Counted from the stretch's first letter, positions 7,849-19,173 are shown. The stretch is 64,000 nucleotides of DNA from Oscillospiraceae bacterium (GCA_015065105.1 SVQZ01000001.1:40996-104995), one strand, 5' to 3'. Numbers and translations are program-made. Notes: generated by a model from the sequence alone, not told the origin.

Positions 7849-9075
7849 ATGTTAAAAGGTAATGCAATTGTTGGTCAGTCGGGCGGTCCTACCGCTGCGA
7901 TCAACGCTACCCTTGCAGGTGTTATCAAGGGTGCATTTGAATGTGAAGCTATCGGTACCGTTTACGGTGCATTGAACGGTGTTGAAGGAATCCTGAAGGG
8001 AACTATATGCAACCTTTCGGAGATAATAAAGGGCGAAGAGGATCTTGAGCTTCTTTCCAACACCCCTGCGGCTGCTTTAGGCTCCTGCCGTCTTAAGCTC
8101 CCTAAGATGGATGAAAAGCCTGAGACCTATGAGCAGATAATAGATTTCTTTAAATCGCACGATATCCGTTATTTCTTCTATATAGGCGGTAACGATTCGA
8201 TGGATACCGTTGCCAAGCTTTCCGCATATTGCGAAAAGAATGATTATGAAATGAGGATCATGGGCGTTCCCAAGACCATCGATAATGACGTAATGGGTAC
8301 CGACCATACTCCCGGTTACGGCTCTGCGGCTAAGTATATTGCGGCATCCATGCAGGAGATCCTGCGTGATACAGCTGTTTATAAGGTAAAGGCTGTTACA
8401 ATAGTTGAGATCATGGGACGTGACGCAGGCTGGCTTACCTGTGCGGCGGCGCTTCCCCGTCTCTACAGCGACGTTGCTCCCGATCTTGTATATCTTCCCG
8501 AGGTCGATTTCGATATGGATAACTTCATGGAGGACGTACGTGCGGCCCTTGAGGTGCATCCCAACGTTGTTGTTGCGGTTTCAGAGGGTGCGAGATTTGC
8601 TGACGGAACCTATGTCGGTGCCAGCGCTCAGTCCGGTGTGACCGATGCTTTCGGTCATGCGTATCTTTCCGGTACAGGTAAGGCTCTCGAGCTTGCCGTT
8701 AAGGACAGGATCGGCTGTAAGGTTCGTTCTGTAGAACTCAATATTCTTCAGAGATGCGCTTCTCATATTGCAAGCAAGACCGACCTTGATGAATCACGTA
8801 TGGTTGGCGCGGCTGCGGTAAAGGCTGCTTCACAAGGAACGACCGGCAAGATGATGACCTACGTTCGTACCTCGAACGATCCTTACAAGGTTGAGACCGG
8901 AAGCGAAGATATTCATAAGATAGCAAATATGGTACGTGAGGTGCCCCGTGAGTTTATTAATGAGCGCGGCAATAACGTTACGGATGAATGTCTTAAGTAT
9001 ATTGCTCCTCTTACTTTCGGTGAGCCTGCCGTTAAATACGAAAACGGCTTACCCAAGCATTTCGTTATCAAGTAA
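7849..9075 (+). CDS. pfp: phosphofructokinase, probably PPi-dependent
   Basis: GQSGGPT, GGNDSMD (Asp typical of PPi-PFK), PKTIDND, EIMGRDAGW. Confidence 0.88.
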   Translation: MLKGNAIVGQSGGPTAAINATLAGVIKGAFECEAIGTVYGALNGVEGILKGTICNLSEIIKGEEDLELLSNTPAAALGSCRLKLPKMDEKPETYEQIIDFFKSHDIRYFFYIGGNDSMDTVAKLSAYCEKNDYEMRIMGVPKTIDNDVMGTDHTPGYGSAAKYIAASMQEILRDTAVYKVKAVTIVEIMGRDAGWLTCAAALPRLYSDVAPDLVYLPEVDFDMDNFMEDVRAALEVHPNVVVAVSEGARFADGTYVGASAQSGVTDAFGHAYLSGTGKALELAVKDRIGCKVRSVELNILQRCASHIASKTDLDESRMVGAAAVKAASQGTTGKMMTYVRTSNDPYKVETGSEDIHKIANMVREVPREFINERGNNVTDECLKYIAPLTFGEPAVKYENGLPKHFVIK

Positions 9076-9650
9076 TGATAAGCGAGCTTTTAATAAAGGC
9101 GAGGTCTATACGAAGCTTTGATATGTCAAGGCGAATTAACGAAAATGACCTTCTTGAATTCGTTGAGAATCTTCGTTTCATACCCTCGAGCTGTAATTTT
9201 CAAGCTTTGAAATATCTACTCGTTACAGACGAAGAGGAATGCTCCTTTATGCGTTCAAAGACCCGATGGGCAGGATTTCTTGAGAATTACAACGGTCCCG
9301 ATGAAGACAGATCACCCACGGCATATATGGTGATTTGTCAGGATCTCGACTGTTGTGAGAATGAGACCTTATATCTCAAGGACGTTGGAATAGCGGCGCA
9401 AACCGTTAATTTTATGGCTTGCGAAAAGGGTATCGGAATTTGCATGATAGGAAGCTTCAATGCCGAGGCGGTTTCTCAATACTTCAAATTAAGCGAACGT
9501 ATCAAGCCTAAATTGGTGCTTGCCATGGGCTATCCCGCTGAATCTCCCGTTCTGGAGGATGAAAAGGGAAGCGTTAAATATTACAGAGATGAAAATAATA
9601 TCCACCACGTTCCGAAAAGACTTGCGAAGGATATATTAATTAATAAATAA
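9075..9650 (+). CDS. nitroreductase family protein
   Basis: RSIRSF, PSSCNFQ, DVGIAAQ, GIGICMIG, VPKR motifs. Confidence 0.88.
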   Translation: MISELLIKARSIRSFDMSRRINENDLLEFVENLRFIPSSCNFQALKYLLVTDEEECSFMRSKTRWAGFLENYNGPDEDRSPTAYMVICQDLDCCENETLYLKDVGIAAQTVNFMACEKGIGICMIGSFNAEAVSQYFKLSERIKPKLVLAMGYPAESPVLEDEKGSVKYYRDENNIHHVPKRLAKDILINK

Positions 9651-9671
9651 TTTTACAGGAGATAAATTACA

Positions 9672-10760
9672 ATGAACAGAGTTTATAATTTTTCAGCAGG
9701 ACCCTCCATGCTCCCCATGGAAGTTCTTGAAAAGGCACAGAAGGATCTTGTCTGCTACGGCGACAGCGGTATGTCCGTTATGGAAATGAGCCACCGTTCC
9801 AAGGATTACGAAGCAATTATTCAGGAGGCTGAGGCTCTTCTTCGTAAGCTTATGAACATTCCCGATAACTATAAGGTTCTTTTCGTTCAGGGCGGTGCAT
9901 CCACACAGTTCTCCGCAGTGCCTCTTAACCTTATGAACAAGAACAAGAAGGCTGACTACGTTGTTACCGGTCAGTTCTCGAAGAAGGCATACAAGGAAGC
10001 TCAGAAGTACGGTGACGTTAAGCTTGTTGCTTCAAGCGAGGATAAGAATAACACCTATATTCCCAAGCTTACCAAGGAAGATTTCCGTCCCGATGCAGAC
10101 TACGTACATATCTGCTTTAATAATACCATTTACGGAACCAAGTGGAACTACATCCCCGACACAGGAGATATTCCCCTTGTTGCAGACATGAGCTCCTGCA
10201 TTATTTCCGAGCCTGTTGACGTTTCGAAGTTCGGCGTTATTTATGCCGGCGCGCAGAAGAATATGGCTCCCGCAGGTCTTACCATCGTTATCATCCGCGA
10301 GGATCTTATGGGTAACTCCCGCGAGGATATCCCCGTAATGCTTGATTACAAGACTATCGCCGATGCCGATTCAATGTACAATACACCTCCTTGCTGGTGT
10401 ATCTATATCGCAAAGCTCGTTTACGAATGGATCCTTTCCGTAGGCGGTCTTGACGGCATGAAGGCTATCAACGAAAAGAAGTGTGCGGTCCTTTATGATT
10501 ATCTCGATAATCAGAATTACTATATCGCTCCCGTAGAAAAGGAAGCTCGTTCCATGATGAACGTTACCTTCGTTACCGGTGATGCAGAGCTTGACAAGAA
10601 ATTTGCATCGGAAGCAGGTGCGGCAGGCTTCAAAAACATCAAGGGCCACAGAAGTGTAGGCGGTATGAGAGCTTCTATCTACAATGCAATGCCCACAGAG
10701 GGTGTTGAAGCGCTCGTTAAGTTTATGGACGAGTTTGCAAAGAATAATCCTAAAGCATAA
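9672..10760 (+). CDS. serC: phosphoserine aminotransferase
   Basis: NFSAGPS, EMSHRS, YAGAQKN, YNTPP, KGHRSVGGMRASIYNA. Confidence 0.97.
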   Translation: MNRVYNFSAGPSMLPMEVLEKAQKDLVCYGDSGMSVMEMSHRSKDYEAIIQEAEALLRKLMNIPDNYKVLFVQGGASTQFSAVPLNLMNKNKKADYVVTGQFSKKAYKEAQKYGDVKLVASSEDKNNTYIPKLTKEDFRPDADYVHICFNNTIYGTKWNYIPDTGDIPLVADMSSCIISEPVDVSKFGVIYAGAQKNMAPAGLTIVIIREDLMGNSREDIPVMLDYKTIADADSMYNTPPCWCIYIAKLVYEWILSVGGLDGMKAINEKKCAVLYDYLDNQNYYIAPVEKEARSMMNVTFVTGDAELDKKFASEAGAAGFKNIKGHRSVGGMRASIYNAMPTEGVEALVKFMDEFAKNNPKA

Positions 10761-10774
10761 TTGGAGTTGTAATT

Positions 10775-11938
10775 ATGAAAAACGTTAAGTTATTAAATAA
10801 GATCGCCAAGGTTGGCACAGATATTTTTGATAAAACACAGTACAACGTAGCAGATGACATCGAAAATCCCGATGCTATCATGGTACGCTCCGCCGCTATG
10901 CATGATATGAGCTTCGGTCCCGAGCTTAAGGCTATCGCACGCTGCGGTGCAGGTGTAAACAATATTCCCGTTGATAAGTGTGCAGAGCAGGGTATAGTTG
11001 TTTTTAACACTCCCGGCGCAAATGCAAACGGTGTTAAGGAGCTTGCTATATGTGCATTGCTTCTTGCAGCACGTGACGTTGTAGGCGGTGTAAACTGGGC
11101 TAACACCCTTGCAGGTCAGGAAAACGTAGCAAAGCTTGTTGAAAAGGGTAAGTCTCAGTTCGCAGGTAATGAGCTCGCCGGCAAGACACTTGGTGTTATC
11201 GGCCTCGGCGCTATCGGCGGTATGGTTGCCAATGCCGCTCATAACCTCGGTATGAAGGTTATCGGTTACGACCCTTACGTTACCGTTGAGGGTGCCTGGA
11301 GACTTTCCAGAGCTGTTCGCAAGGCTTCCAGCTATGACGAGGTTTATGCTCATGCAGACTACATTTCCGTTCACGTTCCTTCTACTCCCGAAACAAAGGG
11401 TATGTTCTGCGAAGAGAACTTTGCAAAGATGAACGACGGTGTTCGTATCATCAACCTCTCCAGAGCTGATCTTGTTAACGCGGCTGATATGAAAGCTGCT
11501 CTTATGTCCGGCAAGGTAAAGAGATACGTTGTTGACTTCCCCACAGAGGAAACCATAAACGTTCCCGGAATCGTTGCTATTCCTCACCTTGGCGCATCCA
11601 CCGCTGAGTCCGAGGATAACTGTGCTGTTATGGCGGCTCATCAGCTTATTGAGTATCTTGAGAGCGGTAACATCAAGAATTCTGTAAACTTCCCCAATGC
11701 TTCAATGCCTCACGACGGTGATGCGAGAATCTGTATCATGCATAAAAACGTTCAGAATATGCTTGCTAAGATATCTGCCATCGTTTCCGAGGAAGGTCTT
11801 AATATTGAAAATATGCTTAACCGTTCAAAGGGCGACTATGCATATACGATTATTGAAATAATAGGCGAAATTCCGGCAACAGTTCTCGACAAGTTAGGAG
11901 CACTTGACTCAATTATTAAAATAAATGTAATAAAATAA
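10775..11938 (+). CDS. serA: D-3-phosphoglycerate dehydrogenase with C-terminal ACT domain
   Basis: GAGVNNIP, NTPGANANGVKE, GLGAIG, PHLGAST; follows serC. Confidence 0.93.
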   Translation: MKNVKLLNKIAKVGTDIFDKTQYNVADDIENPDAIMVRSAAMHDMSFGPELKAIARCGAGVNNIPVDKCAEQGIVVFNTPGANANGVKELAICALLLAARDVVGGVNWANTLAGQENVAKLVEKGKSQFAGNELAGKTLGVIGLGAIGGMVANAAHNLGMKVIGYDPYVTVEGAWRLSRAVRKASSYDEVYAHADYISVHVPSTPETKGMFCEENFAKMNDGVRIINLSRADLVNAADMKAALMSGKVKRYVVDFPTEETINVPGIVAIPHLGASTAESEDNCAVMAAHQLIEYLESGNIKNSVNFPNASMPHDGDARICIMHKNVQNMLAKISAIVSEEGLNIENMLNRSKGDYAYTIIEIIGEIPATVLDKLGALDSIIKINVIK

Positions 11939-11982
11939 ACTATATTTCTACAAGAATATACGTTATAATAGTAACATAATAA

Positions 11983-12065
11983 TCTTATCAAGAGCGGCGG
12001 AGGGACTGGCCCTGTGAAGCCCGGCAACCTGCATATGTAAGGTGCTAAATCCTGAGAGATGAGAG
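11983..12065 (+). ncRNA. SAM-I riboswitch (S-box), P4 apparently reduced
   Basis: CTTATCAAGAG.GG.GGAGGGACTGGCCC..TGAA.CCCGGCAACC...AAGGTGCTAAATCC...GATGAG upstream of metK. Confidence 0.95.
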
Positions 12066-12080
12066 CAAAATGTTCTTTAT

Positions 12081-12111
12081 GCACCTCGGGATTCCCGAGG
12101 TGCTCTTAATT
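12081..12111 (+). terminator. riboswitch expression-platform hairpin
   Basis: GCACCTCGGGA-T-TCCCGAGGTGC then CTCTTAATTT. Confidence 0.7.
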
Positions 12112-12126
12112 TACGCGAGGTGTATA

Positions 12127-13311
12127 ATGAAAGATATTATTACTTATTTCACATCCGAATCTGTTACAGAAGGACATCCCGATAAGATGTGCGATTGTAT
12201 TTCCGATGCTATTCTCGACGAAATGCTCCGTCAGGATCCCATGTCCCGTGTTGCCTGTGAAACAACAACAACCACGGGTGTAGTAAGCATCATGGGTGAG
12301 ATCACAACTACCGCTACCGTTGATTTTCAGTCAATTGTACGTGAGGTCGTAGATTCTATAGGCTATAACCGTGCAAAATACGGCTTTGATGCAGAGACCT
12401 GTGCTGTTATCAATATGGTACATAAGCAGTCTCCCGATATTGCTATGGGAGTTGATAAGTCACTTGAGGCAAAAAGCGGAGAGCTTACAGACAAGTATGA
12501 TACAGGCGCAGGCGACCAGGGAATGATGTTCGGCTTTGCCGCTAACGAGACTCCTGAGCTTATGCCTATGCCTATATCTCTTGCACACAAGCTTGCAAGA
12601 AGACTTACCGAGGTAAGAAAGAACGGTATGCTTAAATATCTTCGTCCCGACGGTAAATCTCAGGTAACTATCGAATACCGCAACGGTATTCCTGCAAGAG
12701 TTGATACTGTTGTTCTTTCCACACAGCATGATGACGACGTTACCCTTGAAACTATCCGAAAGGATCTCATAGAGAACGTTATTAAGTTTGTTATTCCCGC
12801 AGACTTTATGGATGATGAAACTAAGATTTACGTTAACCCCACAGGAAGATTCGTTATCGGCGGTCCTATGGGAGACAGCGGTTTGACAGGCAGAAAGATA
12901 ATAGTCGATACATACGGCGGTTATTCCCGTCACGGCGGCGGCGCTTTCTCGGGCAAGGATCCCACAAAGGTTGACCGCAGTGCCGCTTATGCCGCAAGAT
13001 ATATTGCAAAGAACGTTGTTAAAGCAGGTCTTGCTGACAAGTGTGAGGTACAGATAGCATACGCTATAGGTGTGGCACATCCCGTTTCTCTTCTTGTAGA
13101 GACCTTCGGTACGGCAAAAGAGGATGAGGTAAAGATCGCAGAGGCTGTAAAGAAGTCGATAGATCTTCGTCCTGCGGCAATTATCGAACGCTTTGACCTG
13201 CGCCGTCCTATATACCGTCAGACAGCGGCATACGGCCATATGGGCAGAGAAGATCTCGATCTCCCCTGGGAAAAGACCGATCTTGCCGATGAGCTTTTGA
13301 AGAATATCTGA
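12127..13311 (+). CDS. metK: S-adenosylmethionine synthetase
   Basis: [28 protein letters not shown]; ATG 12127 after GAGGTG. Confidence 0.98.
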   Translation: MKDIITYFTSESVTEGHPDKMCDCISDAILDEMLRQDPMSRVACETTTTTGVVSIMGEITTTATVDFQSIVREVVDSIGYNRAKYGFDAETCAVINMVHKQSPDIAMGVDKSLEAKSGELTDKYDTGAGDQGMMFGFAANETPELMPMPISLAHKLARRLTEVRKNGMLKYLRPDGKSQVTIEYRNGIPARVDTVVLSTQHDDDVTLETIRKDLIENVIKFVIPADFMDDETKIYVNPTGRFVIGGPMGDSGLTGRKIIVDTYGGYSRHGGGAFSGKDPTKVDRSAAYAARYIAKNVVKAGLADKCEVQIAYAIGVAHPVSLLVETFGTAKEDEVKIAEAVKKSIDLRPAAIIERFDLRRPIYRQTAAYGHMGREDLDLPWEKTDLADELLKNI

Positions 13312-13329
13312 TAGGGGTTCATAAATTTA

Positions 13330-15564
13330 ATGCTTGATATGCAAAAGGATTACGATGCACAATACGTTGAAATAGAAGGTACTGTTGAGCATATCGTCTA
13401 TACCAACGAGGAAACGGGTTATACCGTTTGCGATATTGCCATCGGAGAAGCCGAGCTTTATACAATAGTGGGCATTATGCCATATTTAGCCGAGGGTGAA
13501 ATTATAAAGGCTCTCGGCAATTGGCAATTGCATCAGAATTTCGGCAAGCAGTTTAAGGTTGAATATTATGAAAAGCAGCTTCCCTCTACAGCACAGGCTA
13601 TTTACAGATATCTTGCTTCAAGGACCGTTAAGGGTATCGGAGCTGTCATGGCACGGCGCATCGTTGACAAGTTCGGAGAGGACACCTTTGACGTATTGGA
13701 GCATCATCCCGATTGGCTTTCTGAGATAAACGGCATATCGGAAAAAAAGGCAAAAGAGATCGGTGAAAATTTTAAAACTCAATTCGGTATAAGAACCGTA
13801 ATGATGTTTTGCCGTGAATTCTTCGGGCCTATGATTTCTGTTAGAATATATCAGCGCTGGGGAGTTGAAGCAATTGATAAAATTAAAGAAAACCCGTATA
13901 TTTTATGCGAGGAGATATACGGTGTAAGCTTTTCCAAAGCGGACGCTGTTGCAAAAAGCCTGAATATACCAAACAATTCCGAAGGCAGGATCAGAAGCGG
14001 TATAAAGTATTTTATAAACCTTAACGGTATTCAGAACGGGCATTGCTATATACCTTTTACAAAGCTTATACCCGCCGTTGCCGACGTTTTAAAGGTTGAA
14101 GAAGCGGATATAGAACTTCAGGTATCTGCTTTGCGTGAATCCGGCGACCTTGTATTTGTTGAGACAAATTCAGGCACAAGAGTATATTTAAAAAAGTATT
14201 ATGAAGCAGAGACCTATTGCACAAGAAAGCTTATGGCTCTTGACAGACTATGTCCTAAAATACAGCTTTCCGATATTGACAGATTTATTTTACGTATTGA
14301 GGAAGCAGAGGATATAGAATATGCTTCAATGCAGAGAAAGGCAATAATTAGCGCTGTAAATAACGGCGTTATGATACTCACGGGCGGTCCCGGTACAGGT
14401 AAGACCACGATCATAAAGGGTGTTTTACAGATACTCGGCGATCTTAGCTATAATATCGCTCTATGCGCTCCTACCGGCAGAGCGGCTAAAAGAATGTCGG
14501 AGGCAACTCAATGCGAGGCAAAGACGATACACCGTCTTCTCGAAATGGAGTATTCCAAGGAAAACGAGCCTGTTTTCATCCGCGACGAGCATAATCTGCT
14601 TGAAGAGGACGTTGTGATCGTTGACGAGGCTTCGATGGTGGATATTTTTCTTCTTGAATCATTGTTAAAGGCCATGAAGCCTGCATCAAGGCTTATTCTT
14701 ATAGGTGATGCAGATCAGCTTCCCTCGGTCGGAGCGGGTAACGTTCTGAACGATCTTATCGAATCCTGCGTTTTTTCAACGGTTAAATTAAAGGAGATCT
14801 TCCGACAGGCAAAGGAAAGTCTTATTATAACCAATGCACATCTCATAAATTCAGGTGAATATCCTGATATAGAAACAAAAAGCAGCGACTTTTTCTTTAT
14901 GCCGCGGGAGGATAACGAAATAGCCGATACCATCGCTCAGCTATGTAAAACAAGACTTCCGAAGGCATATAACCTAAATTCCTTTGAGGATATACAGGTA
15001 ATAACACCTTCCCATAAGGGAAATGCGGGCACCTCTGTCATGAATGAGGTGCTTCAGGCAGTTCTTAATCCTCCGCAAAAGGGTAAGGCTCAGAAAAACG
15101 TACGTAACGTGATCTTCCGCGAGGGAGATAAGATAATGCAGATACGCAACAATTATGATATCGAATGGTCGAAAAACAGCGGTGTTAAGGGTACGGGTAT
15201 CTTTAACGGGGATATCGGTATCATAAGAAAGATAGATCAGAGCGCTGAGAGCGTTGAAGTAGATTTTGACGGCAGGATAGCCTATTACGATTTTACACAG
15301 CTTGATGAATTGGAGCACGCATATGCAATTACAATTCATAAAAGTCAGGGAAGCGAATATCCCTTTGTTATAATCCCTGCATATAATTATTCCCCGAAGC
15401 TTTTGACAAGAAACCTTCTATATACCGCGGTAACAAGGGCTCAGAAGATGGTAATTATAGTCGGCAGCGGTAACGTTATATACGGAATGGTAGATAATAA
15501 CAGAAGAGTACTTAGATATACAGGTCTGAAAAGCTGGCTTATAAAGGCGTATGATGAACAATGA
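13330..15564 (+). CDS. recD2: RecD2 family ATP-dependent DNA helicase
   Basis: N-terminal OB/HhH region; GGPGTGKT, APTGRAAKR, DEASM, GDADQLPSV, AITIHKSQGSE. Confidence 0.93.
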   Translation: MLDMQKDYDAQYVEIEGTVEHIVYTNEETGYTVCDIAIGEAELYTIVGIMPYLAEGEIIKALGNWQLHQNFGKQFKVEYYEKQLPSTAQAIYRYLASRTVKGIGAVMARRIVDKFGEDTFDVLEHHPDWLSEINGISEKKAKEIGENFKTQFGIRTVMMFCREFFGPMISVRIYQRWGVEAIDKIKENPYILCEEIYGVSFSKADAVAKSLNIPNNSEGRIRSGIKYFINLNGIQNGHCYIPFTKLIPAVADVLKVEEADIELQVSALRESGDLVFVETNSGTRVYLKKYYEAETYCTRKLMALDRLCPKIQLSDIDRFILRIEEAEDIEYASMQRKAIISAVNNGVMILTGGPGTGKTTIIKGVLQILGDLSYNIALCAPTGRAAKRMSEATQCEAKTIHRLLEMEYSKENEPVFIRDEHNLLEEDVVIVDEASMVDIFLLESLLKAMKPASRLILIGDADQLPSVGAGNVLNDLIESCVFSTVKLKEIFRQAKESLIITNAHLINSGEYPDIETKSSDFFFMPREDNEIADTIAQLCKTRLPKAYNLNSFEDIQVITPSHKGNAGTSVMNEVLQAVLNPPQKGKAQKNVRNVIFREGDKIMQIRNNYDIEWSKNSGVKGTGIFNGDIGIIRKIDQSAESVEVDFDGRIAYYDFTQLDELEHAYAITIHKSQGSEYPFVIIPAYNYSPKLLTRNLLYTAVTRAQKMVIIVGSGNVIYGMVDNNRRVLRYTGLKSWLIKAYDEQ

Positions 15565-16280
15565 GGACCATTGATAAATTATTGAATCTTATATTCGTTC
15601 CTAAATGTATATGCTGTGATGAGCCTTTGCCTTACAACTGTGAAGAAGTTTTCTGTGATGAATGCAGAGCAGAATGGGAAAATGCGAAAAATGAGCGTTG
15701 CCGTACCTGTAATCAGAGCATCAAGGACTGCTATTGCGGTATCCGTGATAACAAGGATGCTATAGTAGATAAGGAGATACATCTCGTCCAATATGACAAA
15801 TCGGTACGTAATGCGGCAAATAAGCTTATATATTCCTGCAAGGATAAAAACGTCGGTGCATATTTCAGAGCGATAGCTCTTGAAATGTACAAAGAGCTTT
15901 ATCCGAGGCTCGAAAAGAAGGATTATATTGTATGCTCGGTCCCGAGAACCGTGGAAGCCGTCCGCCGTAAGGGTCACGACCAGAGCAGGGAAATCGCTCT
16001 TGAATTTTGTGCTTTATCAGGTCTTCGATGTTCAGATCTTCTCTACAACAAGGGTACAAATGCACAGAAATCCCACAGGACTCTGAAAAACAGAACAGAA
16101 AATGCCTCAAAGAGTTATATGATAAACAGTGATGTCAATAAAACTCTCAAAGGCAGGTACGTAATACTTATCGATGATATTGTTACCACCGGTGCAAGTA
16201 CAGTGCGGTGTGCAAAGCTTTTAAAAAGCAAGGGCGCAAAGAAGGTTTACGTTATGACCATCGCAAAAACCGTCAGATAA
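15561..16280 (+). CDS. comF: ComF family protein (double zinc ribbon + PRTase)
   Basis: Multiple CxxC; LIDDIVTTGAS PRPP-binding motif; follows recD2. Confidence 0.85.
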   Translation: MRTIDKLLNLIFVPKCICCDEPLPYNCEEVFCDECRAEWENAKNERCRTCNQSIKDCYCGIRDNKDAIVDKEIHLVQYDKSVRNAANKLIYSCKDKNVGAYFRAIALEMYKELYPRLEKKDYIVCSVPRTVEAVRRKGHDQSREIALEFCALSGLRCSDLLYNKGTNAQKSHRTLKNRTENASKSYMINSDVNKTLKGRYVILIDDIVTTGASTVRCAKLLKSKGAKKVYVMTIAKTVR

Positions 16281-16372
16281 CGAACGGATAATGAAAAGCA
16301 GAGAACGAAATATCGGATATGACATTTCGTTCTCTGCTGATTTTATATTATATGAATTTATTCAATAGCTTA

Positions 16373-17308
16373 TCAGGGAAGTGTGTGTCCTGCGGCACGG
16401 TAAAGTGAATACCAATCCTCGCGTGAAAGCTCAACCTTTTCGTATCCGAGGATATCTCTTAAATGTCTTACGTTGGTAGTACCGACAAGAACCTGCATCC
16501 TTGCGGGGTGGCGGAGTATCCATGCGGTTGCAACCGCTGTTTTGGAAACGTTATATCTTCCGCCTATCTCCTCGAGCTTATCATTCAAGGTCTTATACTC
16601 GGGATCATCAATAAAGCTTCCTTCAAAAAATCCCTTCTGGAAGGGAGACCATGCCTGAATGGTCATGCCGTTGATTCTTGAATAATCAAGAACTCCCGCA
16701 TCATGCATATATGAAAGCTTGTTTGACATATTTGTATTGAGTCCTTGTGCTATCATGCCGCATTCAACGATGCTTAACTGCATCTGATTCATTGTAAGAG
16801 GCTGTTTTACACAGGTCTTTAAGAGTTCTATCTGACCGGGATTCTGGTTCGAAACACCGAAATTTAAAACCATACCCTTATCATAGAGATATTCAAAGGC
16901 TTCGGCGACCTCCTCAGGCTCCATAAGGGTGTCGGGACGGTGAAGAAGAAGGGAATCGATACGGTCGGTATTCATTCTGCGAAGAGACTGCTCCACAGAT
17001 TCGATTATATGCTTTTTTGAAAAATCAAAGGCTGCTATAGTTCCTTTTGAATCGTGTACTATTCCGCATTTTGTCTGTATCTTTATTTTATCTCTGAATC
17101 CGGGAAGCTCGTTTAAGGCTCTGCCGAAAAGCTCCTCGCATATACCGCCCGCATATATATCGGAATGATCGAAAATATCTATCCCGCGGTCGTTTGCGAA
17201 GGTGAGAAGGTGTTTTACCTCGTCAACGTTGAGCTTGTTTATACGCATACAGCCTAATATTATCTCGCTTGCCGAAAAGCCGTTTTTACCTATTTCTGTC
17301 TGTTTCAT
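16373..17308 (-). CDS. aldo/keto reductase (YdhF/YcsN-like)
   Basis: LGCMRI, DHSDIY, IQTKCGI, LLHRPD, FGVSN; start 17308 after AAGGAG. Confidence 0.9.
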   Translation of the reverse strand: MKQTEIGKNGFSASEIILGCMRINKLNVDEVKHLLTFANDRGIDIFDHSDIYAGGICEELFGRALNELPGFRDKIKIQTKCGIVHDSKGTIAAFDFSKKHIIESVEQSLRRMNTDRIDSLLLHRPDTLMEPEEVAEAFEYLYDKGMVLNFGVSNQNPGQIELLKTCVKQPLTMNQMQLSIVECGMIAQGLNTNMSNKLSYMHDAGVLDYSRINGMTIQAWSPFQKGFFEGSFIDDPEYKTLNDKLEEIGGRYNVSKTAVATAWILRHPARMQVLVGTTNVRHLRDILGYEKVELSREDWYSLYRAAGHTLP

Positions 17309-17430
17309 AGCTATACTCCTTTCGAATAAAATTATTATAACATATTTTTTTGAAAATTGCAATTATTTATTGACAAAATTCGAGCCCTTTGATATCATTA
17401 ATTTAACGAATTATTTAAAGAGGAATTTAC

Positions 17431-19173
17431 ATGAACGATAATTATTCTGATTTCAATATAAATAATCTTCCCGATAAGGAAAGCGCAAGAAAAATATATA
17501 AAGAACAGCGGAACAACAATAAGCCTCTTATATATAAGCTCCTTATATTCGCAGGGGTTTTCCTGCTTCTGGCAGTCCTTTGCTTTGCAGGACTGTTTTC
17601 CGCCTGTTCGAAAACGAATATGTCATATTCTTCAACCGCAAAGTCGCTTTATAAGAGAAGCATGAAGAGTGATGAAATAGAGCTGACGTCAAAGGAAAAG
17701 GCTCTTGACAGCCATTGGAAGGACGCTGAAAAAGCGGTTACAAAGTATATTGATAAGGGCGTTTCAAAGTATTGCGAGGGTGATCTTGCATATAAAGATA
17801 CTGTAAATATGCTTAACGCGTTTTCTCAGCTTAAAAACGCAAAAGATATATGTGAAACAAAGCTTGCTGCCGTTGAAAAGATAGAAAAGGGAAGAGACGG
17901 ACTTTCAAAAGCAAAGGATCATAAGATCCACGGTGATTATATTTCCGCGATAGAGGCTTATATGAGCGTTCCGAAGGAGGATAAGCTTAATTATAAGGAA
18001 GCCAACAAAAAGGCAAAAGAGCTTATCAAAACAAACCGTGATGCCATCAGCTATGAGATCAACGGATATCTCGCAAAATATGACATTCAAGGTGCTTTCG
18101 ATTACGTTGGCCGTTTCACCGAAAGCTTTGGCGATAGCGATTTCTTTAAATCCGAGGTAAAAAGGATAGAGGAATACGAAAAGTTCCAGACAGAGCTTGT
18201 GACCTACAAGGGAAGTGTTGAGCACGTTTTCACCCATTGTCTTATTGCCTTTCCCGAGCTTTGCTATTCGAGTCCTTCTATGACCGCAAGTCTTGACGAG
18301 GACTGTATTACTCCCTATGAGTTTATAAAGATATTTGAAGCCCTTTATGAAAAGGATTATATTCTTATAGATATTAATATCCTTGTTAATGAACAGCCTG
18401 ACGGCAGTGTAAAGCTCGCCGAGCTGAAGATTCCTAAGGGTAAAAAACCTCTTGTATTCTCTATTGATGACGTTACCTACGATTCAAGAAAGATGCATAC
18501 AGGTATGGTTGACAAGCTTATCGTTGATGAAAAGGGAATGGTTTGTACATATACTCTTCAGGACGGCAAGGAGATCATCTCGTATGAGAATGAAATATTC
18601 CCGATCATAAACGATTTTGTACGAAAGCATCCCGATTTCACCTTCCAAGGAGCGAGGGGCACACTTTGTCATACAGGCTTTGACGGACTTTACGGTTACA
18701 GAACCCAGTCAACTCCTCTTGACGGAGAAAACGTTAACAGAGAAGAAGAGATAGAACAGGCTAAAAAGGTCGCTGAAGCCTTACGCAATGAGGGCTGGAC
18801 TTTTGCCAGCCACAGCTACGGCCACTCACAGATGGGTGATATGTCTGTTAATTATATTAAAGAGGATACCGACAATTGGATAGACGAGGTTACTCCGATC
18901 ATTGGTGATACCAAGGTCATGGTATGGCCCTACGGTAACAAGATAAGAGAGGGAGTTGCCCACGATTATTTATATAATAACGGCTTCAGAATATTCTGCG
19001 GTGTCGGCGTTGCGCCCTTCCTTGCATATGAGCCCGACGGTAAAAGTGTATTTATGGACAGAAAATCGCTTGACGGCTTTGCTTTACGTAACAGAAGAGA
19101 AAAATATTTATATTTATTTGATACCGAAGAGGTTTGGGACCCTGTACGTCCCAAGGAGGAGACCTGGAAATGA
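17431..19173 (+). CDS. membrane-anchored polysaccharide deacetylase family protein
   Basis: N-terminal TM/lipobox, helical linker, HVFTH, FSIDD, ASHSYGH, WPYG (CE4/NodB motifs). Confidence 0.8.
   Translation: MNDNYSDFNINNLPDKESARKIYKEQRNNNKPLIYKLLIFAGVFLLLAVLCFAGLFSACSKTNMSYSSTAKSLYKRSMKSDEIELTSKEKALDSHWKDAEKAVTKYIDKGVSKYCEGDLAYKDTVNMLNAFSQLKNAKDICETKLAAVEKIEKGRDGLSKAKDHKIHGDYISAIEAYMSVPKEDKLNYKEANKKAKELIKTNRDAISYEINGYLAKYDIQGAFDYVGRFTESFGDSDFFKSEVKRIEEYEKFQTELVTYKGSVEHVFTHCLIAFPELCYSSPSMTASLDEDCITPYEFIKIFEALYEKDYILIDINILVNEQPDGSVKLAELKIPKGKKPLVFSIDDVTYDSRKMHTGMVDKLIVDEKGMVCTYTLQDGKEIISYENEIFPIINDFVRKHPDFTFQGARGTLCHTGFDGLYGYRTQSTPLDGENVNREEEIEQAKKVAEALRNEGWTFASHSYGHSQMGDMSVNYIKEDTDNWIDEVTPIIGDTKVMVWPYGNKIREGVAHDYLYNNGFRIFCGVGVAPFLAYEPDGKSVFMDRKSLDGFALRNRREKYLYLFDTEEVWDPVRPKEETWK

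Noticed and set aside
10793-11641. Long antisense ORFs (also 12460-13239, 21143-21865, 40749-41678)
   Set aside because: They are shadows of highly expressed genes with biased codon usage; no RBS or recognisable motifs
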